From assembly GCA_965637545.1 (NCBI GenBank), contig OZ281500.1, positions 5,518,001 to 5,582,000 of the forward strand: a stretch of 64,000 bases of DNA, written 5' to 3'. Position numbers and translations under genes: made by a program. Positions 1-13,480 of this stretch are shown piece after piece. Under the pieces are notes generated by a model. That model was not told where the DNA came from. It worked only from the letters and a program-made list of their open reading frames with translations, and made no database searches. Positions within the stretch are counted from its first letter, which is position 1; each line of letters starts with the position of its first letter. Source of the stretch: Phallusia mammillata (lineage: Eukaryota).

Positions 1-2
1 GG

Positions 3-380
3 GACACATTTCCATTGTTGTGCTCGTTTAAAAAAATGATGGACGAATCGCCGCACCGTCATTCAGAAAGCAAGTGGTATATTTCAAAAGAGCTATACGG
101 GTGGCATTCGTGGCCTTCGTCTTGTTACGGCGGCTTTTATATAACGACTGTAGACGTTGCTAGTCGACTTTACGATGAATCCAGGGCAGTGCCCATGCTC
201 CATTTAGACGACGTATGGATAACAGGCGTTTTGCGGCAGCGGATTGGCATGCCCGAGGAGATGCTTTTTAAACCAGGGAATACAAACACAGTGAAACATT
301 TGAATAATAAAGTTAATAAACTCTTAACATGGACTAAAATGAAACCAACAATAATCAATAACAACGTTTGTTTATGCTAG
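3..380 (+). CDS. Beta-1,3-galactosyltransferase-like (GT31) gene 1, 3' part of last exon; 5' end lies outside the window
   Basis: Frame reads DTFPLLCSF...PHRHSESKWYISKELY...WPSSCYGGFY...LHLDDVWITG...NVCLC*. It has the GT31 motifs KW-x-I, P-x-x-C-x-GGFY and DDV-x-x-TG and aligns with the last exons at 10149 and 14995. AATAAA at 585-590. Confidence 0.9.
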   Translation, partial: DTFPLLCSFKKMMDESPHRHSESKWYISKELYGWHSWPSSCYGGFYITTVDVASRLYDESRAVPMLHLDDVWITGVLRQRIGMPEEMLFKPGNTNTVKHLNNKVNKLLTWTKMKPTIINNNVCLC

Positions 381-2090
381 TTCTTTTTATTGTTACTGCA
401 ATTACTGTTGAACAATCGCATACGTATGAAATATTTGTGCAGTGTTTGTACACATTGTTTTTTGTGAGCAATTTGACAGACAACCAAATCAGATGATTTA
501 CGGATAAATCTCCAAAATAAGTACCGTTTATCCGAACCTTCAGCAAGCGAGTAAAAACCAGTGTAATATAAACATTGTTTGCTAAATAAAAGCCCAAAAT
601 ACTGTCAGTAAATCTAATTCTAAAGGTATTCCCGGAAAACTGCTATTAAAGCTTTTACTTACGAACAGTGATTTGAAACTTGCTTCCTGCGTATGTTTAA
701 TTACAAGGCCTTATTGCTGCTGGTGGATGACATATATCCTGTGTATGCGACGGACGTGAGAAACAATGGAGCGAAGAAAGCAATTAGCAGAGACAGTGTA
801 TGGGCGGTAGCTATAATAAAAGCAGGTTTTGTATTTTGAAAAATGTTAAACAACTAGCGTGAACCGGCAAACGATCTTTTGAAATGTTAGTGCCAATGAC
901 TTTTGTTACTCAGCATTTGTCGGGGTTTAATTTGCTGATACGAACTACTACCAGTATAGGATACAACTGCAGATGTGCTGATGATGTAACAGTTTTTCGC
1001 AAAGCCTACTCAGCGTCCAGTAACGTGCGCTGGCAAAAAAACCACATAGCGTTTTCTCCGACATATAGCGTTAGTATCGAGTTTAGTGCGTTCGTGAGAG
1101 CACAAATGCTTCACCATTTTCTACAAAGCTATGTCACCTTTTTATAATGCTTGAAGGAAAAAGCAAAATGTTACATAAAATTCGATCAAATTTTTACCGT
1201 TATTGATTGAATAACACGGGGTCTTTTATTCAGGATAGTTGACAAGAGAGGGGTACGTTAACGTATGTGGATATTTGATAATCAAAATTGTTTGTGTCTC
1301 AAAGAAAAGGCAACCGAGTGTTTGCTGACGTCTAGTAAGCAGTGTACACCTTCAATGCCCAACGCAACAACACGTAAATTATCGGTTTCGTTTGGTAAAA
1401 CAAATGAGGTTATTAGCCGACTAGAAACATCGTCAAAGCCAGAATGTCTCATCAGGAAGTAAATCTGATATTCTTTATAAGTTAGCAAGGCCATTAAATT
1501 AGTGTTTGAAAGGAATATTTTAGAAATCAGTTATGGGGTAAAACGGTTGAGAGCCTCTGGTCTTAGTTCTCACAGCTGTTGCATGCATAATCTGTAGATA
1601 TTTGCAAAGAAGGACTGATATGTGGAAGTTGGCATTTATCAACTTCCTTAGTAGTGATGACCACACTGTTTTGCCTTTATGACTATTATTAACTGTGACG
1701 TCGTATTGTTTACTTTCAAGCATATGTGACCAAGCAGGATGTTTTCATCATACTCAAAGAGGAAAATCATTTCTCTGTGAATATAAGATGTAGGGTACGT
1801 CATTTTGTGTTTTTCGAAACCAATGACAAATATAGGTCATGTTAGCCAATATCCTTCTCATCAACGAACGCTGAAATTAATCACCAGTCAACCGGTACAA
1901 AAGTGAGATAGATACAACTTCCTTTTAGTAAGGTTAGGGTAAGAAAAAGATAAAAGCCAGTATTTGAGTGTGAAACGTCACAACGTTTTGACAGTTTCCA
2001 TTGTCATCGTCCGGTGAAATAAACCAACAGAAGGGATGTAACTTGTTTTTAGTGCAATTGTGTCGCTATGTGTTCTTTCACCAAGCGCAA

Positions 2091-2111
2091 TCAACTCAAC
2101 TCAACTCAACT
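2091..2111 (+). repeat. (TCAAC)4 pentamer microsatellite
   Basis: TCAACTCAACTCAACTCAACT. The same unit occurs inverted at 50200-50219. Confidence 0.8.
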
Positions 2112-5100
2112 GGCGCCGCACAACAGTAAAAAGGGGACGACGGGAAGTTGAAGATACAAAAAATAAGTGGTGATAAAAAGGCAAACGGATTCGTTACAAT
2201 CTGCTATACCTAAGGCATTGGTATAACCAATACAAATAGAGTGGTGTGGATTTTTCATCTTTGTTTAGTCCTGAACTGTCGACACGTTGCAATGTTTTAC
2301 ACTTAAATACTGGCTTATATCTTTATTTGTGTACTTAAGGATAGGGTAAGTTTTAATTCAAAAGGTGTCATGAAAGTTATAGGAAATAGCTGTCAGGCCT
2401 ATAGTATTTGTTTATTAGCAGTGACCACGCCTCAATAGCAAATATTTAAAGTCAAGGCGTCTGTAGATACGCATGACGTCTTGCTCGCTGAACCTAGTCC
2501 TAGACGAATGAAACTGAAATTTGCCAAAGGCATACTTGCAGATAGGCAGCGTTATTCACAGAAAAGTATTTCTCGAGCACAAGGGGGTGAAAAATTCATT
2601 TTTGCAGACCGCAACTTCATCAAATGTTTTGGGGTCAGCGACGAAATGCGGATATACATTAAACGCTAGAAGCTAATTTTGTACTATGCTTACTTGCAAC
2701 AGCAGTCTCATAATTTTTGAAGTTAGTTTCTCCAAACATCCCCAGCATTGTTACGAAAAATAGGTTTTGAGCTTGGGTGTGGTGCGACAAATGATTTCGC
2801 AAACTTAACGAAAATGAACTATTTATAAACGAAAATATACCCTTGTGGCAGCAACTGCGTTTTTTTCCTGCGTTATTTATCCACGCGTAACCGAACCGCA
2901 CAATACGTCACGTGCATTTTTTCCCTCTGCAACGTATTATTTCGCGACTTTCGTCCTGTCTGTCGTGAAACCCATTCGATGTTTGCACTTGCGCAAATCA
3001 ACAGCGCTACACCCTTTTCACTCACAAAAAACTGTAGCATATTCGAAACACCATTGGCAAACAGTTGTAGTATCAATGGATTAGTTTAATAGACTACTCG
3101 GACTGTTTTGTTTACTTAGATTGCTGAAATCAATTACGTACACAATGCGCTCAACATTTTTAAAATCAAGTTACTTGAACTTTAATAAACAGGGATGTTG
3201 AATTGATCAAACGTGTAACATGTGTCTCAGTCTTGTGTCAGTATTTTTTAAGTACCAAACTAAAGATCTATAACTATAACATAACATTTCTACCACTGAA
3301 GAAGTTAAAACAATGTGAACGCTAATCCAGCATCATTCCATCAAACCACACAAACTTGCCGATTGCTGGCCAGCTACTGAGTTGTCACCAATCTGGAAGT
3401 CATTAATGTTATTTAATGCCAACCCGCGGCAGAGGGAAACCGAGGAACACAACACAGTGACCTGGGTAAATTCTCTCATAACAACTCAACCAAAACCGAC
3501 TATTCCTTGAGTCAAGCTGTGACCAGCCAGCTAGAAAACTGGATTTTGACAGGACTGGATAAACTAGTTCGAAATGTGCGCACAGGCTCAACATCTATTA
3601 TATATATATAGAAATCATTTGGTCAGTATTACCTTTGTAAGTTTTTTGATCTGTACTTAACACTGGATAAAGTTTCGTTAAATTAAATTGTATAAGTGTC
3701 TTTTTAGTTTGTGCATTGGCAATTTTACTTGAAATAGTACGTTGATCAGTATTAAGAAGTGGCTACGAATTGCGGTGTAGTACAACAGTATGAATCACCG
3801 GTTTGAAAAGGGCTTGGTTCGAACAATGCCGTAAAGAATTGGCATGTCCTCGTCCTGCATATCAACATTATTCAGATTTGATTCGCTATTTGTTCAGGAA
3901 AGTTATTTGCTTTTTAATAAGTTGCCTTACTGGTCAGAGACAGGATTCACTGGAGATAAAACCAAAGATTCCATTATAACACAGGTCCAAAAATATAGGT
4001 ACAATAGTAAGAGGTTGTTGTTAGAGGTAACCTGGTGACAGGAAATACGCCCGTTTCTGGAGTGCAGTCAACTGCAACCATTGCAGGAAAAAGATTTTTT
4101 TAATGTTGATGATAGTGACTCTAAGAACTTATTACAAGGTGGTCCTTTGACGTTGTTGCAGAGTTATTTCGACTGACAAACGCGAGGACAACTGTAAGAG
4201 ATCGTAAACAATTGTAAAATTTATTAAGATGTAGGTTTTTTATAACTTTCGCTTTTACTGTTTAGCTAAGAGCAAAAAGAATGTCCACATAGTAACAGGT
4301 CGTCGAAATAACAGTTATGCGTTTTCTTTTTTAGTATTTTGTAGTCAGTAATACAGTTTAACTGTATGTAGAACATCTATCACATTTCAATGGTGTTTAC
4401 TTTACTTGATAAACGAAAACGCGGACCAAGGTAAAAACACTTTTTTTCGTTATTTTACATTTAGACTCAGAAAAGCTTGAAAAGTTATGGCACAAAAGAG
4501 CCGTATTGCTTTGATTGAGGTTCCCTAAAAAGTTCAGTGGTTTAGAAAATACGTTTCATATTTTCCTCGCGATATTCTTTTATAGCATCGAAATACAAAG
4601 AAAAGGGCACCGCGTCAGTCGTACTGGGAACACCTACATTAACTGTGCCACGTACTTTAATTGCTTATTAAACAGCGTTAAAATGAGAGAAAGCCACACA
4701 ATAGATCGATTTACTAACCGAAATTGCAGCAATTAAACTTCAGCAACAAAAAGCTGAAAAGATATAAATCCATTTTTAGGAGCCAGGTTCAAATCGTTTC
4801 CTGGCACAACGAGGTTTGTTTACAAGCCCTGGTTTCAATCAAGCTTTTTAAACAAATCTCAGGCAGATAAGAGTAGGGGTGTTGGAGGAAATATATTAAC
4901 TTGGCAAAGAACTCCTGAAGCTGTACTCTCAATACCAAGAATGTTTCGACATAGTATATAGGTTTCTTTTTAGACAAGGTTAGACAAGTGTGGACAAGAT
5001 TTGATAGGCTTTCTTTTTAGCTTTGCAGTGGTAAGCGAAGAAGTTACTCCTGTAGGAAGCATATGAAACAAAACTTCTATGTCGTGTCTGACCACAAGAT

Positions 5101-7586
5101 AGGTCGCACGTTTAAACTAAACACCGAGGCTTTTGATGTCCGTATGACCGTGAGTGGGTTCCACAGCTTAAGATTTTGAGTGTGTGGAATCAAGTACAGT
5201 AAAAAAGCAAATAAACAGAAGGTCTATGGGCTCTAGGCTTGCTTGTCTAGTCACCCAAAGCAAGCAAGTGACACGACTTATCCGTTGCTCTAAAGTTTAA
5301 ACAAACCTACGGTTTGACCTTATATGCAAAAAGTTATCCGTGGCCTGATCGAATATTATCTTACAATGCATTGTCAACATGATGTATGGAAGAAAGGTTA
5401 ACACGGAAGTTTGAACCGTTAGCGCTGGCTGTAGACTTTAGGGTCGTCCAAAATGAGACATGAAGAGTTGACAAATGTTGAGCTATAGGCATCCAAGACA
5501 TGTTTATCCAATACGTGATTATTATTAAATGCATGAGTAAATAGACCGAGGAAAATTACTAGTGAGACTGAATAGAGCAAGTACATTTTTGTGACCAGAC
5601 AGGGACTGGAAGAAAATAGAGGTAAACCACGCCTTTTAAAACTTGTCTTATACATTTGCGAAGAAACTATTAAACGAGTGTCTTATCGCCTGGGTATACA
5701 CGAAATAATATCTTATGAAGATACGACCTACGAGTATTATTGCAGTTATTTTTTACTGCTGTACTGCTTGACAAAACACTAGAGATGAAGTTGACTAGAG
5801 GTAACAGTCTTGTGTTTATTTAAGGTTAAGACAAAAAACTTACGAATGATTAACTAAGTCTGGGTTCTCAGCCCTGAGTAAATTATTTGCGAGGAAAAAA
5901 AACGCAACATCATTCAACATTATAACAAAGTTAATTAGGTAACTGACATACATGTCTAGACTTTGTTTGTCTAAACAATTTTGCGAGATGATTTTGTAAT
6001 GAAAAAAATTGATGGAATTTTTTTTCTACATAGCAGTCAAGAGACAAACAAAATATGTTCTTGATGGTCTAAGACTCATCTATTGTCTTTCAGATTGAAA
6101 CATTTTTTCCGAATGGCAGGGGTTAGGACAGAGCAGCGTATTTAAACCAAACTTCTCACACATTCAAAAATGTCGTTTGCATTAGTTTTACAATATTTGA
6201 AACCTGCACAATTGTATGCATCACGTTACACTACACTTAAGAAGATAACAAACACCGCAGTCACGACTTCGTGTTATCGCCAACGCCTCTGCCAATATCC
6301 AGGAAACTTAATTTGCAAATTAGCGGCAAATGCGCAGGCGATTTTAGGTAAACCCAACACCTATTAAGATGATCAATCAACGCGTAATAGGCAATCAACA
6401 ACAAACGCGCGAAATAATAATGGCGTTTTCCACCCTAAAGGCCAGTATAATGATCTTCACCAACCGCAGACAAGTGTATGTTTATGCTGTTTAATACAGA
6501 GACAAAATTTTGAGAGGAAAAGGGATTACCATAAACCTCTGGTTTGTTTTATTGTTAACCTTTTATCTTTGTTGAAAGAGCGAATGTGTCGCATCTGTTG
6601 GTGTACGTAATCGTTCAAATTGCATTGCTAACCACTAAACCTCTATAATGTACTATAAACACATTAGTTTGTCTAACAAAACAAAACGTAGAGCTTAAAG
6701 CAACAATAAAGTTGGCATTACCAGCTTAACCTTTTGAAAGCAGACTAACGGGTTGAGTTTTAAAGCAAGTGTTACAATCAAACTTCGATATACAACATTT
6801 CATATCAAACATAGAAATGAAGCGGTGTGTGGCAATTCACAACAGGTAAACCAATAAACCGGTTTGGGATTACAGTCCATAAGGAGTGCTTTAAAAGCGT
6901 TCTTATGTTACACAGCGACAAATAGTATCACGTAACAATCTGAAAACACTTTCACTATAACGTTCCTGTTTTACAGTTTGCGCGTTAAACCAGCAGAGAA
7001 TTTAGCTTACCTGAGTAGTCTTATATGTGGACTAAGTCAATGGGACTAACGTTTTTTGCAAACATTTAAGAGGGTTGTTGTTACGCATGCTTTGAAGAAA
7101 CCTATTGTTTTTTGCGGTGCTAAAATTATGTTTACTCTGCTTACTTGAGAGTTCATGGGGCGATGTTTGCTGTCATACACAAATATTAACTTTATGATAG
7201 TTGATGTGCTCAGACACGAAAAAGCGGTTAGATGACATGCTTGCGCTATGTATTACAGTATGCTCTACCTGAGACCAGCTCTATATTGATGTCAAGCCTT
7301 TTGTTGTGGTATACTGATGTATGTAATGCACTGGTATATTGAAATAGCAGGTTGCCGAATATGCGAAGTAAAAAAACTTGCTGAAAATGTCTAAATAAAT
7401 ACTGGAAGCTTATTTAAATAGCACCACTGTACATTAACCGTGATTTTTCCGTGATTGAATTTCAAAACCTGCAGTTTCATCACGCCTAAACTTGTGTATT
7501 ATTTTAGGTGCTGAATTAACTTTGTAGGAAAGAAATGAAATGACAAATGAAACTGTGCAGGGTAAAATAAGTGAGGGTTTTGTACA

Positions 7587-10500
7587 ATGTCAAAGGGTGA
7601 TGTTGTTCGAGTGGCTTTTGCGTTGTTGGTGTGTCAATGCCTGCTTGGGATGTACGGATTTGTCCATTACCAACAATGTGTTCAGAATAAAAACAAGTAA
7701 GTACATTCGAAATCACAATTCAATGTTTCTATACATTGTTTTCGACAGAAACTTTGCCTGATTTGATTCGAGTCGTCCCGACTGTGCGACAGTCTTTGAC
7801 TAAAAAATGCATAAACGTGTCTTCAAAACGTTAGACAAATTCGTTTTCATTTTATTGGGCCAATTTATTTCACATTTTATGAGTAAAACCAATGGTATAG
7901 CAATAAAAATCGCGAAATGCTTTTTTCTCGAATGTTTTGATATAACCTCGTGACTTAATCAGTGGTTAATTAAGCCGTCACTTTTACATCTATTTCAGCC
8001 AATGTGTTTGCTAAAAAGCACGAACAATGGAGTATAAAAAATCTCATGTGGACCTTAACATCCTTTGCGTAAATCTAAACTCAAATTCCAATTCATTTTT
8101 AGAACTCGCATTGAAATAACACAGCGGGAGAACACAACAAGACAACTGACACAAACACAAGCGCCAACGCCTCAAGTAATAAAGAAAGACGTAGAGTTGA
8201 AGTCGAAACTTCGAAACAAAATGAGTTTTTTGTTGGAACCGAAAAAAGAACTTGACGACGCATGTTCAAAGAATAAGTGTAACGATTCAAAGGGTAAGTC
8301 TATGGTTGGAAAATCTACCAACACCATAACTCACGACGTCGGGCGCACATTTAGCTAATTTTAGATAGGTGGTGTAAAGAGCACTAAACCTATTTAAAAT
8401 GGTAAATGTCCAAAAAATGCTGACGGTTAGGGTTAGTATTATCATTAAAAATTTAATACAACGAACTATACAATGTAGATCTTAATGCAAAATTTTCAAA
8501 AACTCCTTTACCGTCCCCAACCCAAAAGTTAGTTAATAGTTGAGTTCTATGCGGCACCAATAAAAAATTACCTAAAAGTGCGGCCGACATGAGTTACTGT
8601 GTTACTAGCTGTACCTAAGTTTGTGAAGAGAATCGGCAATTAAATAGCTCTTCTTGTTGCTTACTTATGACACTTATGACGTAACAAGAGTACGTTTAAG
8701 CTACTTATGACATTTGATAATTCCAAAGGACACAGTCAAAATATCTTTTTATCAGTGCGGCCAGACCTAGTGGACTGGAAAGCCAACTAAAATAGACTCT
8801 TGTTATTCTCCGACATACGTATTATTTAGTTTCTAAACTGTCAAAACACGAATTTGGTCAATCCAAATCAGGTTGCAAATACCGTTTTATTGTAGACTGA
8901 ATCCTAAAATACTTCGTTTACTTAAAAAAGAGTAGCGGCTAATAATCAGAATCGTCACCAATAACACACCGAAAGCAGGTTTCAATTTGGCCAACGAACA
9001 TGTAACTAAATAAGACTTCTATGCTATAATGACCCAAAGTAATGTTCCTTTTTGTATAGATATCCGTTGGAAAATGGTGTCGTTTGTCAAATCAAAGTCA
9101 GACCATTTTGCTCAGCGAGAGGCACTTCGTCGCACGTGGGCGTCCGTGCGCATTGTCAACAACTCACTGTTCAGAACCATCTTCGTTGTTGGAAAAGCTC
9201 CATCAACGCAAAATAACAATTTGTTGAAGAATGAGCAGCAGCGATATGGCGATATACTACAGTACGACGGATCAGATGATTACAAGTAAGAACATTTTTC
9301 TCGTTTGTCCAGTTACCTCTAGAAACCAAAGAGTAAAAATACCACAATTCAAGTTTTGGGTTAAAGATTAAGGCTCCGGCATGTGTTTCAGTGATTGCAT
9401 TTGAAACGCGCCTGCTTTTGTACGTGTAAACTTGTACAGCTCGTAATACAAGAAAGGGATGTTTAAGGGTATATTACTTAGCCAGACAACCAAAATGCTT
9501 TTGTCGCTCTATGAATAAGTAAATAGTTTATCCACTAATCTACGAAAAGATAGTCAACAGCAACCAACTCGCAGAAAAAGTGACCTTTTGCCCAATTTGG
9601 AAAATATACGTATCGTCACCATTACTGCTAAGTTATGTCCTTGGTTATGTGCCGAAGTCTCATCCCTTTTCGGGCACACATATTTGTGTGAAGCAGTCAA
9701 AGCAATTTTTACTTTTATACTGGAGATACAGAAGATACAATAACAAATCTTTGTAATTAAAAAATTCACTGCAATAACAACAGCAGCAGCATTCAGCACA
9801 ACTATAGGCAAACATGCGAATAAATCATCCTAAAACTGTTTTTAAGCAACTTTAAGCACGCTCCCATCAACGAAATATCAAAAACGATTGGCTGCCACCC
9901 GCTTGCAAACATACCACGCCGGTTTATTGTCATTTGACAAAATTCAGCTGAATTGATTGCCCCATCCCTGATAGAATGAACGTCCAAACACATAAAACAT
10001 GGAAACGGCATACAAGATATGTGACTTCAATAAAACAAAGGATGAGCGTTACTCTGTGTTGTGTGTGATGCCATGCGGTGATCTTTCTGCAACACCTTTG
10101 CGGCCATTGATAATAATGTAACATTTACTGTTATGCGTTTATTTCTAGGAATATAATGCTGAAAACACTAGCAGGTATGCAGTGGGCCAGTGACAACCTG
10201 CCAAGCAATTTATTCTACTCATCAGCCGACGATGACGTCATAGTCAACTTGAGTGCCCTACAGAGACAAATAGATGCTGCACAGGCGAAAATGAACAAAG
10301 GCGGATGGAGCGAATTTCCACTCGTTTGTGCTTACAACATAATGCCACACGACAAGCCGCATAGAGAAAAAGGCAGCAAGTGGCTGATTGACAAAAACGA
10401 ATATCCTTGGCATGTATGGCCGCCATCTTGTTTTGGTGGATTTTACAGCACACGAGTCAGCCTCGTTGCTCGTCTTTACGAAGAGTCGAGAGCGTTACCT

Positions 10501-10689
10501 CTGCTGCGTTTTGACGACGTCTGGATAACGGGCATAGTACGCCAGAAGGTTGGAATGCCAAGCGATATGGTGCTACCACCAGGTGACGCTAACACGGTGC
10601 ATCATTTGGACAGAAAAGAAAACATGAATGTTTTGTGGGGAAAAATGTTACCTGAGCTAAAGTCTCACAACATTTGCCTTTGTAAATGA
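7587..10689 (+). CDS. Beta-1,3-galactosyltransferase-like (GT31) gene 2, type II membrane protein, 355 aa
   Basis: Exons 7587-7696, 8103-8293, 9060-9285, 10149-10689, all GT-AG with consistent phases 2/1/2 (1068 nt). N-terminal TM segment VVRVAFALLVCQCLLGMYGFV. GT31 motifs FVKS...R-x-x-LRRTW, EQQRYGDILQYD, LKT, ADDD (DxD), CFGGFY and FDDVWITG. Confidence 0.92.
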
Positions 10690-10712
10690 GTGCCAATGTC
10701 AGATTTCCGCCT

Positions 10713-11077
10713 CAGAGTTATAAGTCGGCCGGGCTTTTCGGGTCGGGTTCCGGCCGGGTTAGGGCTTTGTGTTTTGGTTTTTGTAACAAACGGGCTTAAT
10801 TCGGGCCAGACTTTCGGGTACGTTCTGCGTCCGTAATTTTTTTTTAATGTAAATTACCGAGCTAATACTTAGTTGCCGGATATAACCTAATGCCCAGCCT
10901 CAAAACGTATTGTTTAAGCCATTGTCTACTATTGTCCATTGGACATGTCTTCTTTCTAATAAGTCTTTCAAACAAACTTTCGGGCCTCAACAGGCTTCTC
11001 CAAAACGATTCGCTTAGCCGGGCTTCGGGCTTATACTTTCAAGTTCGGGCTCAAATTTTGGGCCCGCTTACAACCCG
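10713..11077 (+). mobile_element. Degenerate copy of hAT-type MITE family A
   Basis: Left end CAGAGTTATAAGTCGGCCGGG and decayed right end GGGCCCGCTTACAACCCG. Interior aligns with the 11993-12451 copy (ACCTAATGCCC...AAAACGTATTGTTT...CCATTGTCTACTATTGT). No TSD is recognisable. Confidence 0.75.
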
Positions 11078-11992
11078 CGAGTATAGGGACACTGTAGTTT
11101 GCTGTTCTTCGAAATTGTCTTTTTTTTCTTCGAAAACTCAACGCGTTAGTGCAATAAAAAGAGTTCTTTACAAAGGAAACGTGATTAGGTGAACAATTGC
11201 AGGGTAAACAATATCAGTGGCAAAAAATCAGCATACGGCAGAAGGTGGTTTAAATATAAAACGATGAATTTAATTGAGTTCAGTTTTTGCTTTTCACAAT
11301 TAAATACACAATATAAAGTTAGAACACACTGTCGGTTTTGGTAAACAGTTTCATTTAATTGCAAAAAGGTAAGACTTTTCAATCACGAAATTAACATAGC
11401 TACGCTATTTACCGTAGATTTTTGTGGGATGGAATGCAAACCAACGGCTACCACATACCGTTACAATGTACAATACCGTATTAAGTTACGGTTCGCGAGG
11501 TGCGTTTAGAAAGCGACAGAACAATGAACAGTGTCACATATCATCATGTGTGAGTCATACAATTAAGCACAAGTTGTGTGGGTGTTTATTCGTTACCGAC
11601 AAAAAAAAATTAATAGGTTTTCTTGCGACTCCAAAAGTGTGTTGTTTAATTTGGTGGAAGCATAAGGTATGCCGTATTACTTTGACGAACCGGGTCTATG
11701 TGCACTGCTTGAGAAATAAAAGATGAGAAAATATCAGTTTCAGTTTAATATCACTTTCTTTTGTAGAAATCTTAGTGTTGCGAAGGCATTGTAGACTGTG
11801 ATATTTCAAATTTAGTTAAGATTAAAGTCATTGTGATTTCGTGAATAAAAAAAAACAGGATCAGAAATAACATATTATTTAGTGTTCCGTAAAAGATCGT
11901 CAGTTGTTTCGCGAGAAATTCGCTGGTTTGAATATAGGATTGTAATGTTTATACTTTTATGGGGTAGTGTTTTCTAGTGTTTCATGTCGAAC

Positions 11993-12451
11993 CAGAGTTG
12001 CAAGTCGGGCCGGGCTTTTCGGGCCGGGTTCGGGTTCGGGCCGGGTTCGGGCCGGGTTCGGACTTAGGTATTTGTGAGAAAACGGGCTCAAAACGGGCCT
12101 GACTTAACGTTCCCTGTCCGCCACTGTTTTTTAAATAAAATCACTCAGCTAAGTAACAAATCTCTGGCTTTGACCTAATGCCCACCCTCCTCTAAAACGT
12201 ATTGTTTACCCCATTGTCTACTATTGTTCATTGTGTTTGTTGTCTTTATCTGTTTTCTTTCTCATCCTTTGTTGCAAGGCTTTCGTGGATAGGCCTGTCA
12301 ATCAAAATTTCGGGCCTAAACGGGCTTTGCAAAAACGTTTCGGGTTCGGGCCGGGCTTATACTTTCGGGTTCGGGCCGGGTTCGGGCCGGGCTTATACTT
12401 TCGGGTTCGGGCCGGGTTCGGGCTCAAATTTCGGGCCCGCTTGCAACTCTG
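11993..12451 (+). mobile_element. Non-autonomous hAT-type MITE family A (459 bp) with CGGG-rich subterminal arrays
   Basis: TIRs CAGAGTTGCAAG...CTTGCAACTCTG. Perfect 8-bp TSD TGTCGAAC at 11985-11992 and 12452-12459. Confidence 0.92.
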
Positions 12452-12729
12452 TGTCGAACACCGGTCGAAAATCACTGGTTTAACACAATGGGCGGAAATG
12501 TTTTTTTGTTTATGAAAGTATTTATCCTCCACCACCAGTTCGAATGTTCTATAAAAACTGGCTTCATTTATTGTTGTGTCATAATGTCTAATAATGAAAT
12601 AGCTGAATCGTGGGTAAATTGCTGACAGTTAGTGCAATTTAGCTTTGCGTAAGCTTTAAGAATAATATAACATTTAAACCTTGTCTCACCCGAAATTAAA
12701 TCAACAAGACTTCTGACGTTCAGCTAAAC

Positions 12730-12944
12730 CAGTGGTTCTCAAACTTTTTTTGTAGCGACGCCTCTGGAAAAGTTTTCTGGACTTGCGACGCACCAGCAAA
12801 TAAAAGTCAATGAGAAAACTTATTATTAAAGTTGTGTTTATTGATACAACAACAAAAGGCCACGACACGGCATTATTCTGCGACGCCCTTGGAAAGTTGA
12901 AACGACGCACCAGGGCGTCGCGACGCACAGTTTGAGAACTACTG
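12730..12944 (-). mobile_element. hAT (Buster/Charlie-like) MITE family B, 215 bp
   Basis: TIRs CAGTGGTTCTCAAACT / AGTTTGAGAACTACTG. Perfect TSD AGCTAAAC at 12722-12729 and 12945-12952. Reverse complement of the 38040 copy. Confidence 0.92.
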
Positions 12945-13480
12945 AGCTAAACCGATTGCGCAGGAAACGGGGTGAATCACGGAACAGCCAGTGCTAGGCG
13001 AATATTGTATTAAGGTACAATACTAGTTTTAATAATACGTTTTTTAAAAACCTTCCCCCAAATTCAATAGCGCTGTATGAGCGTTTTCGTCCATTTTAGT
13101 GACTACGTGATATGCGATTAAGCAGTTACCGCGATTTCGCGTTTCAGTGTCAGAGTCTATGGTTGTTTCATTGCATCAAAATTTGGTTTGGTGTTCCGCA
13201 AAATTATTTTAAGGCGTAAAGTGTTTCGTGGCGTAAAAAGGTTGAAAAACCGTGTTATACTGATTGGAAAGATAGTTAAACATAAGCGCTGAAAACTTTC
13301 TGGAAATGATTGGGACAAAGTAGTTTGGTACATAACTTACCTTGTTTTTGAAAAAGCAGAGAAGAATCGATGGTTATAATTTGTCCCTTAGTTGGTATGT
13401 TTAGTACACAGGGAGAATCAAAATGACAAATGTTGGTGAAACGAACAGTACAGGCTCAAAAAAAACGTACACGATTTTCT

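Noticed and set aside
4780-4810. AGGTTCAAATC resembling a tRNA/SINE B-box
   Set aside because: No A-box or cloverleaf; no tRNA, snRNA, 5S or rRNA gene could be supported anywhere in the window.
12202-12535. ORFs with repeated FGFGPGSG / GLYFRVRAG peptides
   Set aside because: Translations of the CGGG tandem repeats inside MITE A.
12701-12928. Near-identical MRRDALVRRF ORFs here, at 38056 and at 60802
   Set aside because: They are MITE B copies read through the TIR; too short and lacking transposase motifs.
13190-13254. Charlie-like right end GGTGTTCCGC...AGGTTGAAAAACCGTG
   Set aside because: No left end or TSD found.
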